64,000 bases of DNA from Promethearchaeota archaeon (GCA_019057795.1 JAHLWS010000024.1:33497-97496); one strand, 5' to 3'; shown: positions 29,816 through 40,627, counted from the first letter of the stretch. Made by a program: numbers and translations. The notes: a model not told the origin generated them from the sequence alone.

Positions 29816-30312
29816 GGTAATAAACCCACTTTACTGTTTTTATAAACTTCATTCTTACCTATCATCAGACACTTTACCAGTTTTATGGCAGCTACATAGG
29901 ACCCTTTAATCTTTATTTTTCTGGGAATTAAATACTTTAGAAGTTTCATTAGTCCAAAGATATTACTTTTAGAGCGAATAATACTGCTTAACACGCTAGT
30001 TATTTTTTCTTCTTCTACATTTACTATAAGTCGTGCAACAGGATTATTAGCTTTCTCCACCCGGCAATCAAAATTCTTTCTATCAGATGTAAGCACAAAA
30101 GTAATATATCCGTCTAATTCGACTAAATACATTTCTATTTCTTCACCCTCCCATTTCCCTATTTTTTTAAAAGGCTCGTCGAGGCCAAATAAATCCACCA
30201 ACATCTTTGCCAATCGAGCGATATTAAGCACTTTTGTTTCCCTAACCAAATTTTCTGCTTTAATATCCCTACTTGTTTTCTTAAGGTTATCAATTTGATT
30301 AATTGTAGCCAC
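29812..30312 (-). CDS. SCP2-like protein
   Basis: KIKIKGSYVAAIKL resembles SCP2 C-terminus; 4-nt overlap with dehydratase gene. Confidence 0.55.
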   Translation of the reverse strand: MATINQIDNLKKTSRDIKAENLVRETKVLNIARLAKMLVDLFGLDEPFKKIGKWEGEEIEMYLVELDGYITFVLTSDRKNFDCRVEKANNPVARLIVNVEEEKITSVLSSIIRSKSNIFGLMKLLKYLIPRKIKIKGSYVAAIKLVKCLMIGKNEVYKNSKVGLLP

Positions 30313-30617
30313 CTAATTTTAATTATTTGAAGCAATTATATAAAGATCATATTAGTTAGATTAGTTAATAAAGTTAAAGCTTTTATTAATTAATTGAAAA
30401 GGTTTATGCTAATATTCTTATTAAACAACTGAATTTTGAACTTAGACTTAAAAGGGATTAAAGTGGGCAAACTGCTTTCCTTCTTATAGGAAAAGTTTAA
30501 TAACATTTTAATTTTCAATATCTTGTATCTATTTTGTTCATAAATAGATTAAATTAAGGTATTCAATGAAATAATAAATTAAATAATAAAAAATTAAAAA
30601 AATATTGGTTAAAAGTT

Positions 30618-32540
30618 ATGGGAAAAACTTTAACTGAAAAAATCTTAGAACAGCACTTGGTTGAAGGAAAATCAGAGCGAGGGTCGGATATTAGCATAAA
30701 AATAGATCAGACCTTAACTCAAGATGCTACTGGTACAATGGCATATTTACAATTTGAAGCGATTGGTATTCAACGCATTCAAACAGAATTGTCGGTTAGT
30801 TATGTAGATCACAATACTTTACAAACTGATTTTAAAAATCCTGACGATCATAGATATCTACAAAGTATCGCTGCGAAATACGGACTTTATTTTTCTAGAC
30901 CTGGTAATGGCATATGCCACCAACTTCATTTAGAAAGGTTTGCTCGACCTGGAAGAACTTTACTTGGTTCGGATAGTCACACTCCAACTGGTGGCGGTGT
31001 AGGAATGATAGCAATCGGAGCAGGAGGTCTCGACATAGCAGCGGCAATGGCAGGTGAGGCTTTTTACTTAAAGATGCCAAATGTTATTAAAGTACATCTT
31101 ACTGGGAAACTTCTTGACTTTGTATCTGCTAAAGACGTTATACTGGAAGTATTAAGACGAATTGGCGTTAAAGGGGCAGTTAATAAAGTATTGGAATACA
31201 CTGGTCCAGGTATTAAGACTCTAAGTGTACCTGAGCGAGGTACAATAACCAACATGGGAACTGAAACGGGAGCCACAACCTCAATATTTCCCTCTGACGA
31301 TATTACAAAAGAATTTTTGATTGCTCAAGAAAGAGGTGAACAATGGGTCGCCATTGCACCAGACGAAGATGCTGTATACGACGAAACCATAGAAATAAAT
31401 CTAAGCGAGCTCGTCCCTCTTGTGTCCCTACCCCACAGTCCAGGAAATGTAAAAACTGTAAAAGAAGTTGAAGGATTAAAAGTTGATCAAGTTTGCATTG
31501 GGAGTTGTACGAACTCAACTTTACGAGATCTTAAAATTTCTGCTAACATTTTAAAAGGAAAAACTATTAGCGAGCATACGGTCCTAACTATATCACCAGG
31601 TTCTCGTCAAGTTGTCAACCACATGATTAAGTCGGGGGAAATGGCTTATTTAATAGAAGCCGGAGCAAGAATACTCGAAAATGCATGCGGTCCTTGTATT
31701 GGTATGGGTTTGGCGCCAAAAAGCGATGCTGTTACGTTAAGAACATTTAATAGAAATTTTCTTGGAAGATCAGGCACAAAAAGCGCTCAAACTTATCTTG
31801 TAAGCCCCGAAACTGCTGCTGTATCTGCAATTAGCGGAATTATTACAGATCCAAGAACATTTGGAGCATTACCAGAAATAGATATGCCTAAAAAGTTTAT
31901 GGTCAATGATAATATGATTATTCCACCAATGGAAGGCAAAGAGTCCATTGAAATCGTTAGAGGACCGAATATCAAACCTTTACCAGAATTCAATCCTTTA
32001 CTAGACAAATTAGAAGGGGAGGTTCTTCTTAAAGTCGAAGATGATATTACTACCGACCATATAATGCCAGCAGGTGCTAAAATCTTACCTTTGCGGTCAA
32101 ATATTCCAGAAATAAGCAAATTTGTGTTTAACCTTGTTGATCCGACATTTCCAGATAGGTCCTTAGAAAAGCAAGGAGGATTTATAGTTGGAGGAGATAA
32201 CTACGGTCAAGGTTCTAGTAGAGAACACGCTGCCATCGCACCTAAATATCTTGGACTAAAAGCGGTTATAGTGAAATCTTTTGCTCGAATTCATCTTGCT
32301 AACCTCGTCAACTTTGGAATTGTTCCGTTAACATTTGAAAACAAAGAGGATTACGCTAAAGTTGAACAAGGAGATAAGTTTGAAATCGATCTAACCACAA
32401 TAGAATCGGGAAAAGTGGCGTTAAAAAACCTTACTAAAGGTATTGAGATATACTTGACTCATTCTTTGAGCGAAACTGAGCTCAAAGTTTTAAAAGCGGG
32501 AGGAAAACTTCCCTTTATCAAGCAAAAACACGTTAACTAG
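30618..32540 (+). CDS. acn: Aconitate hydratase (short single-chain type)
   Basis: QDATG, DHN, GSDSHT, GSCTNS, CGPCIG, NRNF, TTDHI, GSSREHA. Confidence 0.93.
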   Translation: MGKTLTEKILEQHLVEGKSERGSDISIKIDQTLTQDATGTMAYLQFEAIGIQRIQTELSVSYVDHNTLQTDFKNPDDHRYLQSIAAKYGLYFSRPGNGICHQLHLERFARPGRTLLGSDSHTPTGGGVGMIAIGAGGLDIAAAMAGEAFYLKMPNVIKVHLTGKLLDFVSAKDVILEVLRRIGVKGAVNKVLEYTGPGIKTLSVPERGTITNMGTETGATTSIFPSDDITKEFLIAQERGEQWVAIAPDEDAVYDETIEINLSELVPLVSLPHSPGNVKTVKEVEGLKVDQVCIGSCTNSTLRDLKISANILKGKTISEHTVLTISPGSRQVVNHMIKSGEMAYLIEAGARILENACGPCIGMGLAPKSDAVTLRTFNRNFLGRSGTKSAQTYLVSPETAAVSAISGIITDPRTFGALPEIDMPKKFMVNDNMIIPPMEGKESIEIVRGPNIKPLPEFNPLLDKLEGEVLLKVEDDITTDHIMPAGAKILPLRSNIPEISKFVFNLVDPTFPDRSLEKQGGFIVGGDNYGQGSSREHAAIAPKYLGLKAVIVKSFARIHLANLVNFGIVPLTFENKEDYAKVEQGDKFEIDLTTIESGKVALKNLTKGIEIYLTHSLSETELKVLKAGGKLPFIKQKHVN

Positions 32541-32544
32541 ATTA

Positions 32545-32560
32545 ATTTATTTTTTTTTTT
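32545..32560 (+). terminator. Archaeal-type poly-T terminator after aconitase
   Basis: Run of about 11 T shortly after the stop codon. Confidence 0.45.
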
Positions 32561-32592
32561 AATTTTAATTATTTAATTTTTAAGGTATTATT

Positions 32593-33255
32593 ATGAATAA
32601 TATTGAAGATGAATTTCATAAAATAATTGAATTTTATCCTAATGCAATTATTGAGAAAAACTGTATTTCTCAAGTGAGAATTCCATTAAAAGATAAATTT
32701 TTTTTGAAAATCAACTTTAAAAATTACCCAAAAAAACCAGTTGTTAATTTAATTAGTAAAGATGACCGCATTTATCGAAAAGTTGATAAAATTATTCCCT
32801 TATTAAATAGATGGGAAAAAAAAAATCCTCCTTCTATTGTTGATCTTATTAATGAAATTTTAGCTTTCATTAATAGTTTGGAATCTAAAGAAATAAAAAT
32901 TAAAAAAGAATTACTAAATGGAATTTTAGCGTTATGTAAAAATCAACATCCGAGAGAAATATTAGGACTTCTAAGAATCATCAATGGAATCGCGATAGAA
33001 TATATTTTACCCCCAGGAGCAATTACTTCTAACACTTCTGGGTTTTTAATTCCTAGTAGATTGGGTATTGATTTAACTCTCAATGGATCTATTCATTCAC
33101 ATCCTTCTGGAAATCCTAATCCTTCTCTTATTGATATTAATAGTGTTTTTAAAACAAAAAAATTCAATTTTATTATCGCTTATCCATATGATTTGAGCAG
33201 TATAAAATGCTTTAATAATCAAGGACGAGAGATTGAGTTCAGAATACTAGATTAA
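32593..33255 (+). CDS. UEV (inactive E2-like) domain fused to MPN+/JAMM metalloprotease
   Basis: INFKNYPKKP...IPLLNRW...SIVDLINEI; PREILG...HSHPSGNPNPSLID. Confidence 0.8.
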   Translation: MNNIEDEFHKIIEFYPNAIIEKNCISQVRIPLKDKFFLKINFKNYPKKPVVNLISKDDRIYRKVDKIIPLLNRWEKKNPPSIVDLINEILAFINSLESKEIKIKKELLNGILALCKNQHPREILGLLRIINGIAIEYILPPGAITSNTSGFLIPSRLGIDLTLNGSIHSHPSGNPNPSLIDINSVFKTKKFNFIIAYPYDLSSIKCFNNQGREIEFRILD

Positions 33256-33378
33256 ATAAATTAACAGTTTTATATCGTTTGCATCATAAACATTTTTGAT
33301 TAATTGCCCAAGATCTCATAAACCGGGAGATAATAGAAATATAATAGGAAAAAAATTAAAAGTAGCAAACTCTATTCA

Positions 33379-34146
33379 GTGTCAATGAATGAAAAAAAAT
33401 ACAAAATCGATCCAAAAAAAAGATTTTCTTCCAGAGTAGAAAACTATATCAAGTATCGACCAAGCTATCCTCTTAAAATTATTGATTTTTTGAAAGAGAA
33501 GAGGATTTTAGCAGAGGATACAGTAATTGCCGATATAGGTTCAGGTACAGGAATTTTAACAAAGTTTTTCTTGGATAATGGTAACCCCGTTTATGGGATT
33601 GAACCCAATAAAGATATGAGAGAAGCGGCTGAAAAACACCTACAAGTGTATACAAGATTTTCAAGTCTTGAAGGTTCTGCTGAATCCACGGGATTAGAGG
33701 AGAATTGTATAGATTTTATTACTGCTGGACAATCTTTTCATTGGTTCGATGTCGTGGAGGCTAAGAAAGAATTTAAAAGAATACTAAAACCGAATGGTAA
33801 TGTAGCATTAATCTGGAACAATCGTGGAAAAGCCGGAACAGATTTTAATAGTAGCTATGAAAATTTCATTTTAAAATTCGGCACAGATTATAAAGAGATA
33901 AAGAAAAATGATGGAAATGTGGATCTCTTTTTTAATTATCAAAAAGAAACATTTTATAATTTTCAAGAATTAGATTTTACCAGTTTTAAAGGTAGGGTCC
34001 TTTCTTCATCTTATATTCCTTTGGCTGATAATCCCATTTTCCCAAAAATGATATTGGAATTGGAAAATTTATTTAACAAACATCAACGGAATGGAATTAT
34101 TAGAATTGAATACGATACCGAAGTATACATTGGTAAATTAGAATAA
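33379..34146 (+). CDS. Class I SAM-dependent methyltransferase
   Basis: KYRPSYP, ADIGSGTG, AGQSFHWF. Confidence 0.92.
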   Translation: MSMNEKKYKIDPKKRFSSRVENYIKYRPSYPLKIIDFLKEKRILAEDTVIADIGSGTGILTKFFLDNGNPVYGIEPNKDMREAAEKHLQVYTRFSSLEGSAESTGLEENCIDFITAGQSFHWFDVVEAKKEFKRILKPNGNVALIWNNRGKAGTDFNSSYENFILKFGTDYKEIKKNDGNVDLFFNYQKETFYNFQELDFTSFKGRVLSSSYIPLADNPIFPKMILELENLFNKHQRNGIIRIEYDTEVYIGKLE

Positions 34147-34220
34147 TTTTTAATCGTAAAATCTCTACTATAAAATACTAACTTGTAATTGATAATTAAC
34201 AATTATAGAGGCAAAAAAAT

Positions 34221-34805
34221 ATGAAAGTAGTTGTTTTTAATGGAAGTCCAAGGAGTGAGGGTAATACTACCATATGTTTAAATATGGTAATGGACGAATT
34301 GAAGAGTGCCGGAATTGAGACTGAATACATTTGGATTGGTATGGATAAAATCCAAGGGTGTATCTCCTGTTATCAATGCGCTAAGAATAAAGATAAGAAA
34401 TGTGGAGTTAAAACTGACAAATTAAACTATTATTTGGAAAAAATGGTAGAAGCTGATGGCATAATATTAGGATCACCTACTTATTTTGCGGATACTACTA
34501 CAAGAATGAAAGCGCTTATTGAAAGAGCTGGTCTTGTAAGTAAAGTGAATGGAGATTTATTAAAACATAAAGTAGGTGCGGCGGTGGTGTCAGTAAGGCG
34601 AGCAGGAGCAACTCATGTTTTTTCTAGTATAAATTATTTTTTCCTAATTAACCAAATGTTTGTAGTTGGTTCAAGCTATTGGAATTTAGGCGTTAATCCA
34701 AATACCACAGATCCAGAAAGAATTAACGAAGACGAAGAAGGTATAGCTACTTTTCAAAATTTAGGTAAAAATATGGCTTATTTACTTCAAAAACTTAATA
34801 CCTAA
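34221..34805 (+). CDS. Iron-sulfur flavoprotein (NADPH-dependent FMN reductase family)
   Basis: GSPRSEGNT, CISCYQC...C, GSPTYF. Confidence 0.9.
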   Translation: MKVVVFNGSPRSEGNTTICLNMVMDELKSAGIETEYIWIGMDKIQGCISCYQCAKNKDKKCGVKTDKLNYYLEKMVEADGIILGSPTYFADTTTRMKALIERAGLVSKVNGDLLKHKVGAAVVSVRRAGATHVFSSINYFFLINQMFVVGSSYWNLGVNPNTTDPERINEDEEGIATFQNLGKNMAYLLQKLNT

Positions 34806-34941
34806 TCTATTTTTTTTTTCATTTAGGGCGATCTTTTGTTTAATAAAAATATACTTTTTAAACTAATATTTATTGTATTTATATTAGTGTTTTTTAATTA
34901 TTTATTTCTAAAAGCATCGATATTAGTAAAGCATAAAGCGC

Positions 34942-37317
34942 TTGAAGGAATCTAAAATGAATGAGCGAATAAAAAAACTACGCGCACAAAGTCGTAGAGC
35001 AATTCCGTATCTTTCATTGGAGCGTGCTTTATTAGTAACAGAATTTTATAAGAATGGAGCAGCTCATAAATATTCTGCTCCAGTTGCTAGAGCTAAAGTA
35101 TTTGAATATATCCTAAAAAATAAAAAAATTTGTTTTAATGACGATGAGCTTATAGTTGGAGAACGCGGTCCGGAGCCGAAAGCAACTCCTTCTTACCCGG
35201 AAGTTTGCTGTCATACGCTAAATGATTTAGAGATATTAGATTCACGTGAAAAAATATCTTTTAAAGTGCAAGACGAAGTGTGGCGAAAATCTAAAGATAT
35301 CGTCATTCCATTTTGGAAAGGAAAAACAATTAGAGAAAAGATCTTTTCTCAAGTAGATCAAGAATGGATAGACGCATATTCAGCAGGGATTTTTACCGAG
35401 TTCATGGAACAACGAGCTCCTGGACACACCGTAGCGGGTAAGAATATTTGGATCATGGGCTTTTTAGATTTTAAAAAACAAATCCAAAAATCTATTGAAA
35501 ATTTAGATTTTTTCAACGATCCTGACGCTTTCGCTAAAAGAGAGCAATTAAAAGCCATGGATATAGCTGCTGATAGTATAGTGACATACGCTAAGAGACA
35601 TTCTAAAAAGGCGTTAGATTTAGCTGAAAACGAATCTAATCCAATAAGAAAAAACGAATTAGAAAAAATAGCAGAAGTTTGCTCACATGTTCCAGCTCAG
35701 GCTCCAAGAACATTCTGGGAAGCTTTACAGCATTACTGGTTTATTCATTTAGGTGTTATTACGGAATATAATACTTGGGATGCCTTTAATCCTGGACGCC
35801 TTGATCAACATTTATACCCTTTTTACAAGAAAGATATTTCTGATGGCATTTTAACAAAAGAAAGTACCATCGAACTGCTCCAAGCTTTCTGGATCAAATT
35901 TAATAACCAACCAGCACCTCCAAAAGTGGGTGTAACGGCCGAGGAAAGTGGTACTTATACAGATTTTTGCAATATTAACCTTGGAGGGTTAAAAGAGGAT
36001 GGTTCTGACGGAGTAAATGAACTTTCTTACGTACTTTTAGATGTAGTTGAAGATATGAGAATACTACAGCCTAGTAGTAATGTTCAAATAAGTGAAAAAA
36101 CGCCAGACGATTTTATTAGAAGAGCCCTTAAGATTATTAAAACCGGTTTTGGTCAACCCTCGGTTTTTAATGCGGATGCTATTATTCAAGAACTTATACG
36201 CCAAGGAAAATCGTTAATAGATGCTCGAAATGGCGGCGCGAGTGGATGCATTGAAACAGGAGCTTTTGGAAAAGAAGCATATATATTAACAGGATACTTT
36301 AATCTTGTGAAAATTCTTGAAGTTACTTTATATAATGGAAACGATCCTTTAACGGGTAAACAAGTTGGATTAAAGACGGGAGATCCTACCTCTTTTAGAA
36401 CTTTTGATGAGTTATTAGAAGCGTATACAAAACAAATTAAGCATTTTGTTGACATTAAAATAAAAGGTAATCTAATAATAGAGCGGATTTGGGCGCAAAA
36501 TCCCTCCCCATTTTTATCAATTATTATTGACGATTGCATCATAAATGGAAAAGACTATAATGATGGTGGAGCAAAATACAATACATCCTATATTCAAATT
36601 GTTGGTATGGGAAGTATAACTGATTGCTTAACGTCTCTAAAATATAATGTCTATGACAATCAGATTTATACTATGGAGCAGATGCTCGAAGTGCTTAAAA
36701 ATGACTTCGAAGGTTTTGAGGAAATAAGGCAAAAACTGATTTCTAGAACGCCTAAATATGGGAATGATAAAGATTACGCCGATCTTATCACCCAACAAAT
36801 TTTCGAGATTGTTTATAATGCCATTGACGGGCGTCCAAATAATAGAGGAGGAGTCCATAGAATAAATTTACTTCCTACGACTGTCCACATCTATTTTGGA
36901 ATGGTAACTGGTGCCACACCAGATGGTAGAAAGGCGTTTACACCTTTATCTGAAGGAATTTCCCCAGTCCAAGGGATGGATATTAATGGTCCAACCTCAG
37001 TAATAAAATCTGCCAGCAAAATTGACCATCTTCGAACTGGAGGGACCTTATTAAATCAAAAATTTACTCCAGAATTCCTTTCAACGAAGACGGGAATCGA
37101 TAATATTGCATATTTGATTCGTTCTTATTTTAAAATGAATGGCCATCATATTCAATTTAATGTTGTTTCGGCTGATACATTGCGGGATGCTCAAAATAAC
37201 CCCTCTCTATATCAAAACCTAATAGTTCGGGTAGCAGGTTATAGCGATTATTATAATAATCTGGGAAAAGCCTTACAGGACGAAATAATTAGTAGGACTG
37301 AACATCTTTCAATCTAA
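34942..37317 (+). CDS. hypD: Glycyl radical enzyme, trans-4-hydroxy-L-proline dehydratase type
   Basis: FMEQRAPGH, NTWDAF, EESGTYTDF, SGCIE, LLPTT, RVAGYS match HypD active-site motifs. Confidence 0.85.
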   Translation: MKESKMNERIKKLRAQSRRAIPYLSLERALLVTEFYKNGAAHKYSAPVARAKVFEYILKNKKICFNDDELIVGERGPEPKATPSYPEVCCHTLNDLEILDSREKISFKVQDEVWRKSKDIVIPFWKGKTIREKIFSQVDQEWIDAYSAGIFTEFMEQRAPGHTVAGKNIWIMGFLDFKKQIQKSIENLDFFNDPDAFAKREQLKAMDIAADSIVTYAKRHSKKALDLAENESNPIRKNELEKIAEVCSHVPAQAPRTFWEALQHYWFIHLGVITEYNTWDAFNPGRLDQHLYPFYKKDISDGILTKESTIELLQAFWIKFNNQPAPPKVGVTAEESGTYTDFCNINLGGLKEDGSDGVNELSYVLLDVVEDMRILQPSSNVQISEKTPDDFIRRALKIIKTGFGQPSVFNADAIIQELIRQGKSLIDARNGGASGCIETGAFGKEAYILTGYFNLVKILEVTLYNGNDPLTGKQVGLKTGDPTSFRTFDELLEAYTKQIKHFVDIKIKGNLIIERIWAQNPSPFLSIIIDDCIINGKDYNDGGAKYNTSYIQIVGMGSITDCLTSLKYNVYDNQIYTMEQMLEVLKNDFEGFEEIRQKLISRTPKYGNDKDYADLITQQIFEIVYNAIDGRPNNRGGVHRINLLPTTVHIYFGMVTGATPDGRKAFTPLSEGISPVQGMDINGPTSVIKSASKIDHLRTGGTLLNQKFTPEFLSTKTGIDNIAYLIRSYFKMNGHHIQFNVVSADTLRDAQNNPSLYQNLIVRVAGYSDYYNNLGKALQDEIISRTEHLSI

Positions 37318-37474
37318 ATTTTTAAATAATCAAACAATTATCCCCTTTAATGTTCACTTGAAGACATTATTGTATAACCGCATTAGATAATTTAGTGTTT
37401 AAGAAAATCTTTTTTGAATTTGATTTAATAGCACCTTTGTTTTAAATATTATCTTAAATTTTTTAACTTTTAAG

Positions 37475-38323
37475 TTATGCATGTTTTTTAATCCATTCAA
37501 TAAGTTTCTTATTAAACTCATCTGGTTCTTCAAGTTGAGGAGTATGTCCACTTTTTTCGAATAGATAATAGGATAGTTTTGGTAATTTTTCTATCTCAGC
37601 ATCCCATTGGAAGTGAGGAACCATATAGTCGTGCTTACCCATCGCAACAAATATGGGTATATTATTCAGATTTGAATCTTTTGCTATATCGTAGGTTTTA
37701 AATAGCACTCCTTCTAATTTGCCAGCTATTTTTGCGTTTACCTTTACACCTTCCCAAATCCATGAGCAATCGTATTTAGGATCATACCAATAAAATGGAG
37801 CATTATTAATGTAATTCTGAATCATCATCTCGCCAGGAGACAGATCTCTAAGATCCTCCATTTTGTGAGTTTCTGATAATCGTTTATGAATATTTTTTCT
37901 TTCTTCGGATGCGTTGTTTGTCCAATGTTGTCTAGATGCTTTAAGGTTTTTGCGCATACCGTTTGGTGGTGCTCCTATCACGATCACATGTGATGTATTT
38001 TGAGGATATTTACGAGCATATTCAAGAGCCAGATTTCCATGTATAGAGTGTCCTAATAAACAAATTTTTGGAATATCTAGAGTTTTACGAATCTGTTCAG
38101 CATCATCCAAAAACATATCTATAGTTATTTGGTTCAAGTCAACTGGTTCATCAGTAGGAACAAAGCCTCTATTATCCGTAAAAATGAATTTGAAGTATTT
38201 TCTTAATTCTTGAGAGAACGTACGAGGATAATATATCGCTGAACCTATAACCAAACATGGAATTCCACTTCCCTCTATTACATACGATAATTTATAACCG
38301 TCTATAGTAACGAAATTTGACAT
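37475..38323 (-). CDS. Alpha/beta hydrolase (proline iminopeptidase-like)
   Basis: GHSIHG, GKHD, SGHTPQ. Confidence 0.85.
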   Translation of the reverse strand: MSNFVTIDGYKLSYVIEGSGIPCLVIGSAIYYPRTFSQELRKYFKFIFTDNRGFVPTDEPVDLNQITIDMFLDDAEQIRKTLDIPKICLLGHSIHGNLALEYARKYPQNTSHVIVIGAPPNGMRKNLKASRQHWTNNASEERKNIHKRLSETHKMEDLRDLSPGEMMIQNYINNAPFYWYDPKYDCSWIWEGVKVNAKIAGKLEGVLFKTYDIAKDSNLNNIPIFVAMGKHDYMVPHFQWDAEIEKLPKLSYYLFEKSGHTPQLEEPDEFNKKLIEWIKKHA

Positions 38324-38547
38324 TCTTATTTCACTTTTATACTTAATATTAATTTTAGTTTAAACTTAGAATTTATCTAATATAATTGCATGAACTATTA
38401 ATATTTATTTTAGATTTCTTTTTTATAATTCTTAATAGAATATCATTTTGCGTAAAACTCCTTTATTTTTATATTACGATTATTTTTTCGAGTATAGAAA
38501 TGTTTATATTTATGAAAATTAGATAGATTTTTAAAATAAAAAAAGTT

Positions 38548-39243
38548 TTGAGAATTATGGCGGATCCTCAAGTTATGATGGAGATGACATTCAGTGTTAT
38601 CTATTTAATTTATATCTGTGTTATTGTAATTCTAATGTCGAAAAACATGAAAAATGTAAATCAAAAAGAAATCGCTACAGCAAAAAGAATACGATTAGCA
38701 TTTTCAGCGCTACTTATAGGTGATTTAGGGCATGTAGGAGCTCGATTAATCGATTTTTTCTCTGTAGAGGTAGAAATGAATTATGTTATTTTAGGAATCG
38801 GATCTCTCTTTGAAATGGTTGGTTTAATCTTTCTTTTTATGCTTTTCACAGATGCTTGGCGGGTACAATTTGATCATCAGAAGAATTTACTGTTTAAAGT
38901 ATTAATTGGTATCGGAATAGTTGGATTGATTATATTTGTATTTCCTCAAAATCAATGGACAGCTCAATCAACTCCTTACGAATGGTTAGTAATCCGAAAC
39001 ATTCCATGGTTAATACAAGGAGTCGCGTTATCAATATTAATATATCGAGACGCAAAAGCGGTTGGTGATAAACAATTAGTTAGAATTGGAATTTACATCT
39101 TTATTTCGTATTTTTTCTACATGCCAGTGATCTTCTTCGGAGAGTTAGCCCCAATGCTTGGAATGCTCATGATAATAGGAACAATTGTTTTTATGTTGTG
39201 GCAATATACATCCTATAGTCGCTTTTTCAAGAAGAGAGAATAA
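38548..39243 (+). CDS. Hypothetical 7-TM membrane protein
   Basis: Multiple hydrophobic helices; GDLGHV, RNIPW. Confidence 0.75.
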   Translation: MRIMADPQVMMEMTFSVIYLIYICVIVILMSKNMKNVNQKEIATAKRIRLAFSALLIGDLGHVGARLIDFFSVEVEMNYVILGIGSLFEMVGLIFLFMLFTDAWRVQFDHQKNLLFKVLIGIGIVGLIIFVFPQNQWTAQSTPYEWLVIRNIPWLIQGVALSILIYRDAKAVGDKQLVRIGIYIFISYFFYMPVIFFGELAPMLGMLMIIGTIVFMLWQYTSYSRFFKKRE

Positions 39244-39287
39244 TAAATTAAAAATTTATTATCAAAGATTCCTAATATTTTTTTTCA

Positions 39288-40193
39288 TAAATTTTTTTCA
39301 GCTTTCAAATTAAAAAAAATGAAAAAGGCTTAAGAAGTTAAAGCGCTTACAATTTCTTCAAAATAATTGAAAATCGTGGAGTAATGCCCATCGTTTGGAT
39401 AAAATTTTCCTTCACAATTTGGAATTGCTTTACACATACCACGACCCATAGCAACAGGCACAGCTTCATCCACTTCTCCATGCCATAAATACACTTTAAG
39501 TTTTGGAGTTATATCTTCAAGGCTAAAACCCCAAGGTTTTGCGTATAATTTCCCTTCGTAAATTGCTCCTTTATTTCCTTGTCGGAATGCTTCTGCGCTT
39601 TCTTTAATAAAAAGAGGAAGTAATTTAGGATCTTCCATAACTTTCCTATCTGGTTCTGGAAACTTTTTAATAGTTTTCCTCATTCTACTTTCTGCTTTTT
39701 CTAAATCTTTCAACCCTCGAGATTGAAAAGATATCATCAATTTAAAAATCCATGGCATTCTTCGAATAACAAAAGATAATCTGCGAATACTTTTTATTTT
39801 TTCTTCTACTTCAAGATCCATTGGTCCTAAACCGCTAATAATACCACAAGTCGTTAAGCGATCAGGAATTTTATATGCACACGCTGCAGCATATGGACCT
39901 CCCCCCGATATTCCTTCAATAGCAAATTTCTCTATTCCTAAAGCGTTAGATAGCTCAACTACATCATCTGGCCAATCTAAAATAGTACGGTCTTTTTTGA
40001 AATCTGAAAGCCCCATGCCTGGTCTATCGATTCCAATAAGCCTAACATTATTTTGAACGACTATATCCGCAAAAATAACAACTTCTAAACGAGAACCTGG
40101 AAAACCATGGAAGTGAAATAATGGTTTTGCTTCTGGATTACCTAAATCCGCGTAACCAAGATTCCTTCCATCTTTTAATTTAATTGTCAGATT
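39288..40193. repeat. About 900-bp duplication copy A (partner ~44114-45018)
   Basis: Near-identical DNA covering the hydrolase CDS and ~40 nt of its 3' flank; 5' ends differ. Confidence 0.92.
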
Positions 40194-40223
40194 TACTTTA
40201 TCATTATTAACTATACAATTCAC
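39330..40223 (-). CDS. Alpha/beta hydrolase
   Basis: HGFPGSR, DRPG, GISGGG, D, GH triad. Confidence 0.9.
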   Translation of the reverse strand: MNCIVNNDKVNLTIKLKDGRNLGYADLGNPEAKPLFHFHGFPGSRLEVVIFADIVVQNNVRLIGIDRPGMGLSDFKKDRTILDWPDDVVELSNALGIEKFAIEGISGGGPYAAACAYKIPDRLTTCGIISGLGPMDLEVEEKIKSIRRLSFVIRRMPWIFKLMISFQSRGLKDLEKAESRMRKTIKKFPEPDRKVMEDPKLLPLFIKESAEAFRQGNKGAIYEGKLYAKPWGFSLEDITPKLKVYLWHGEVDEAVPVAMGRGMCKAIPNCEGKFYPNDGHYSTIFNYFEEIVSALTS

Positions 40224-40627
40224 CTTTTTTTTGCAGAAGTTATTAAAATAAAGAAAATCCTATGAAATATATATTTATCAATAAAATTTTGTATTTTTCC
40301 TACTTTTCTCTATGCTAAAATGAATCTGTTCATAGTAGAATTATTAGAATTTCTAAAAGAAAACTAAAAAATAAATATTATTAAACCTAATTGTTGATTT
40401 TATAATTTATATACTCAAACTTTATTTTTTCTTATTTCTGATTATAACAGAAGAGTAATTTTTATTATTAGATGAATGTGGAAATTATGGGCATAATAAT
40501 TCGATTAGGGTGTTGAGCAATAAGACCAGATTCTAATCTCGAAAAAGGCGTTTCCATACTTTCAATTCTCATCAAAAACGCGCTAAAATATTAAGATAAT
40601 TCTCCTATATCTCTAATTAATATGTTA

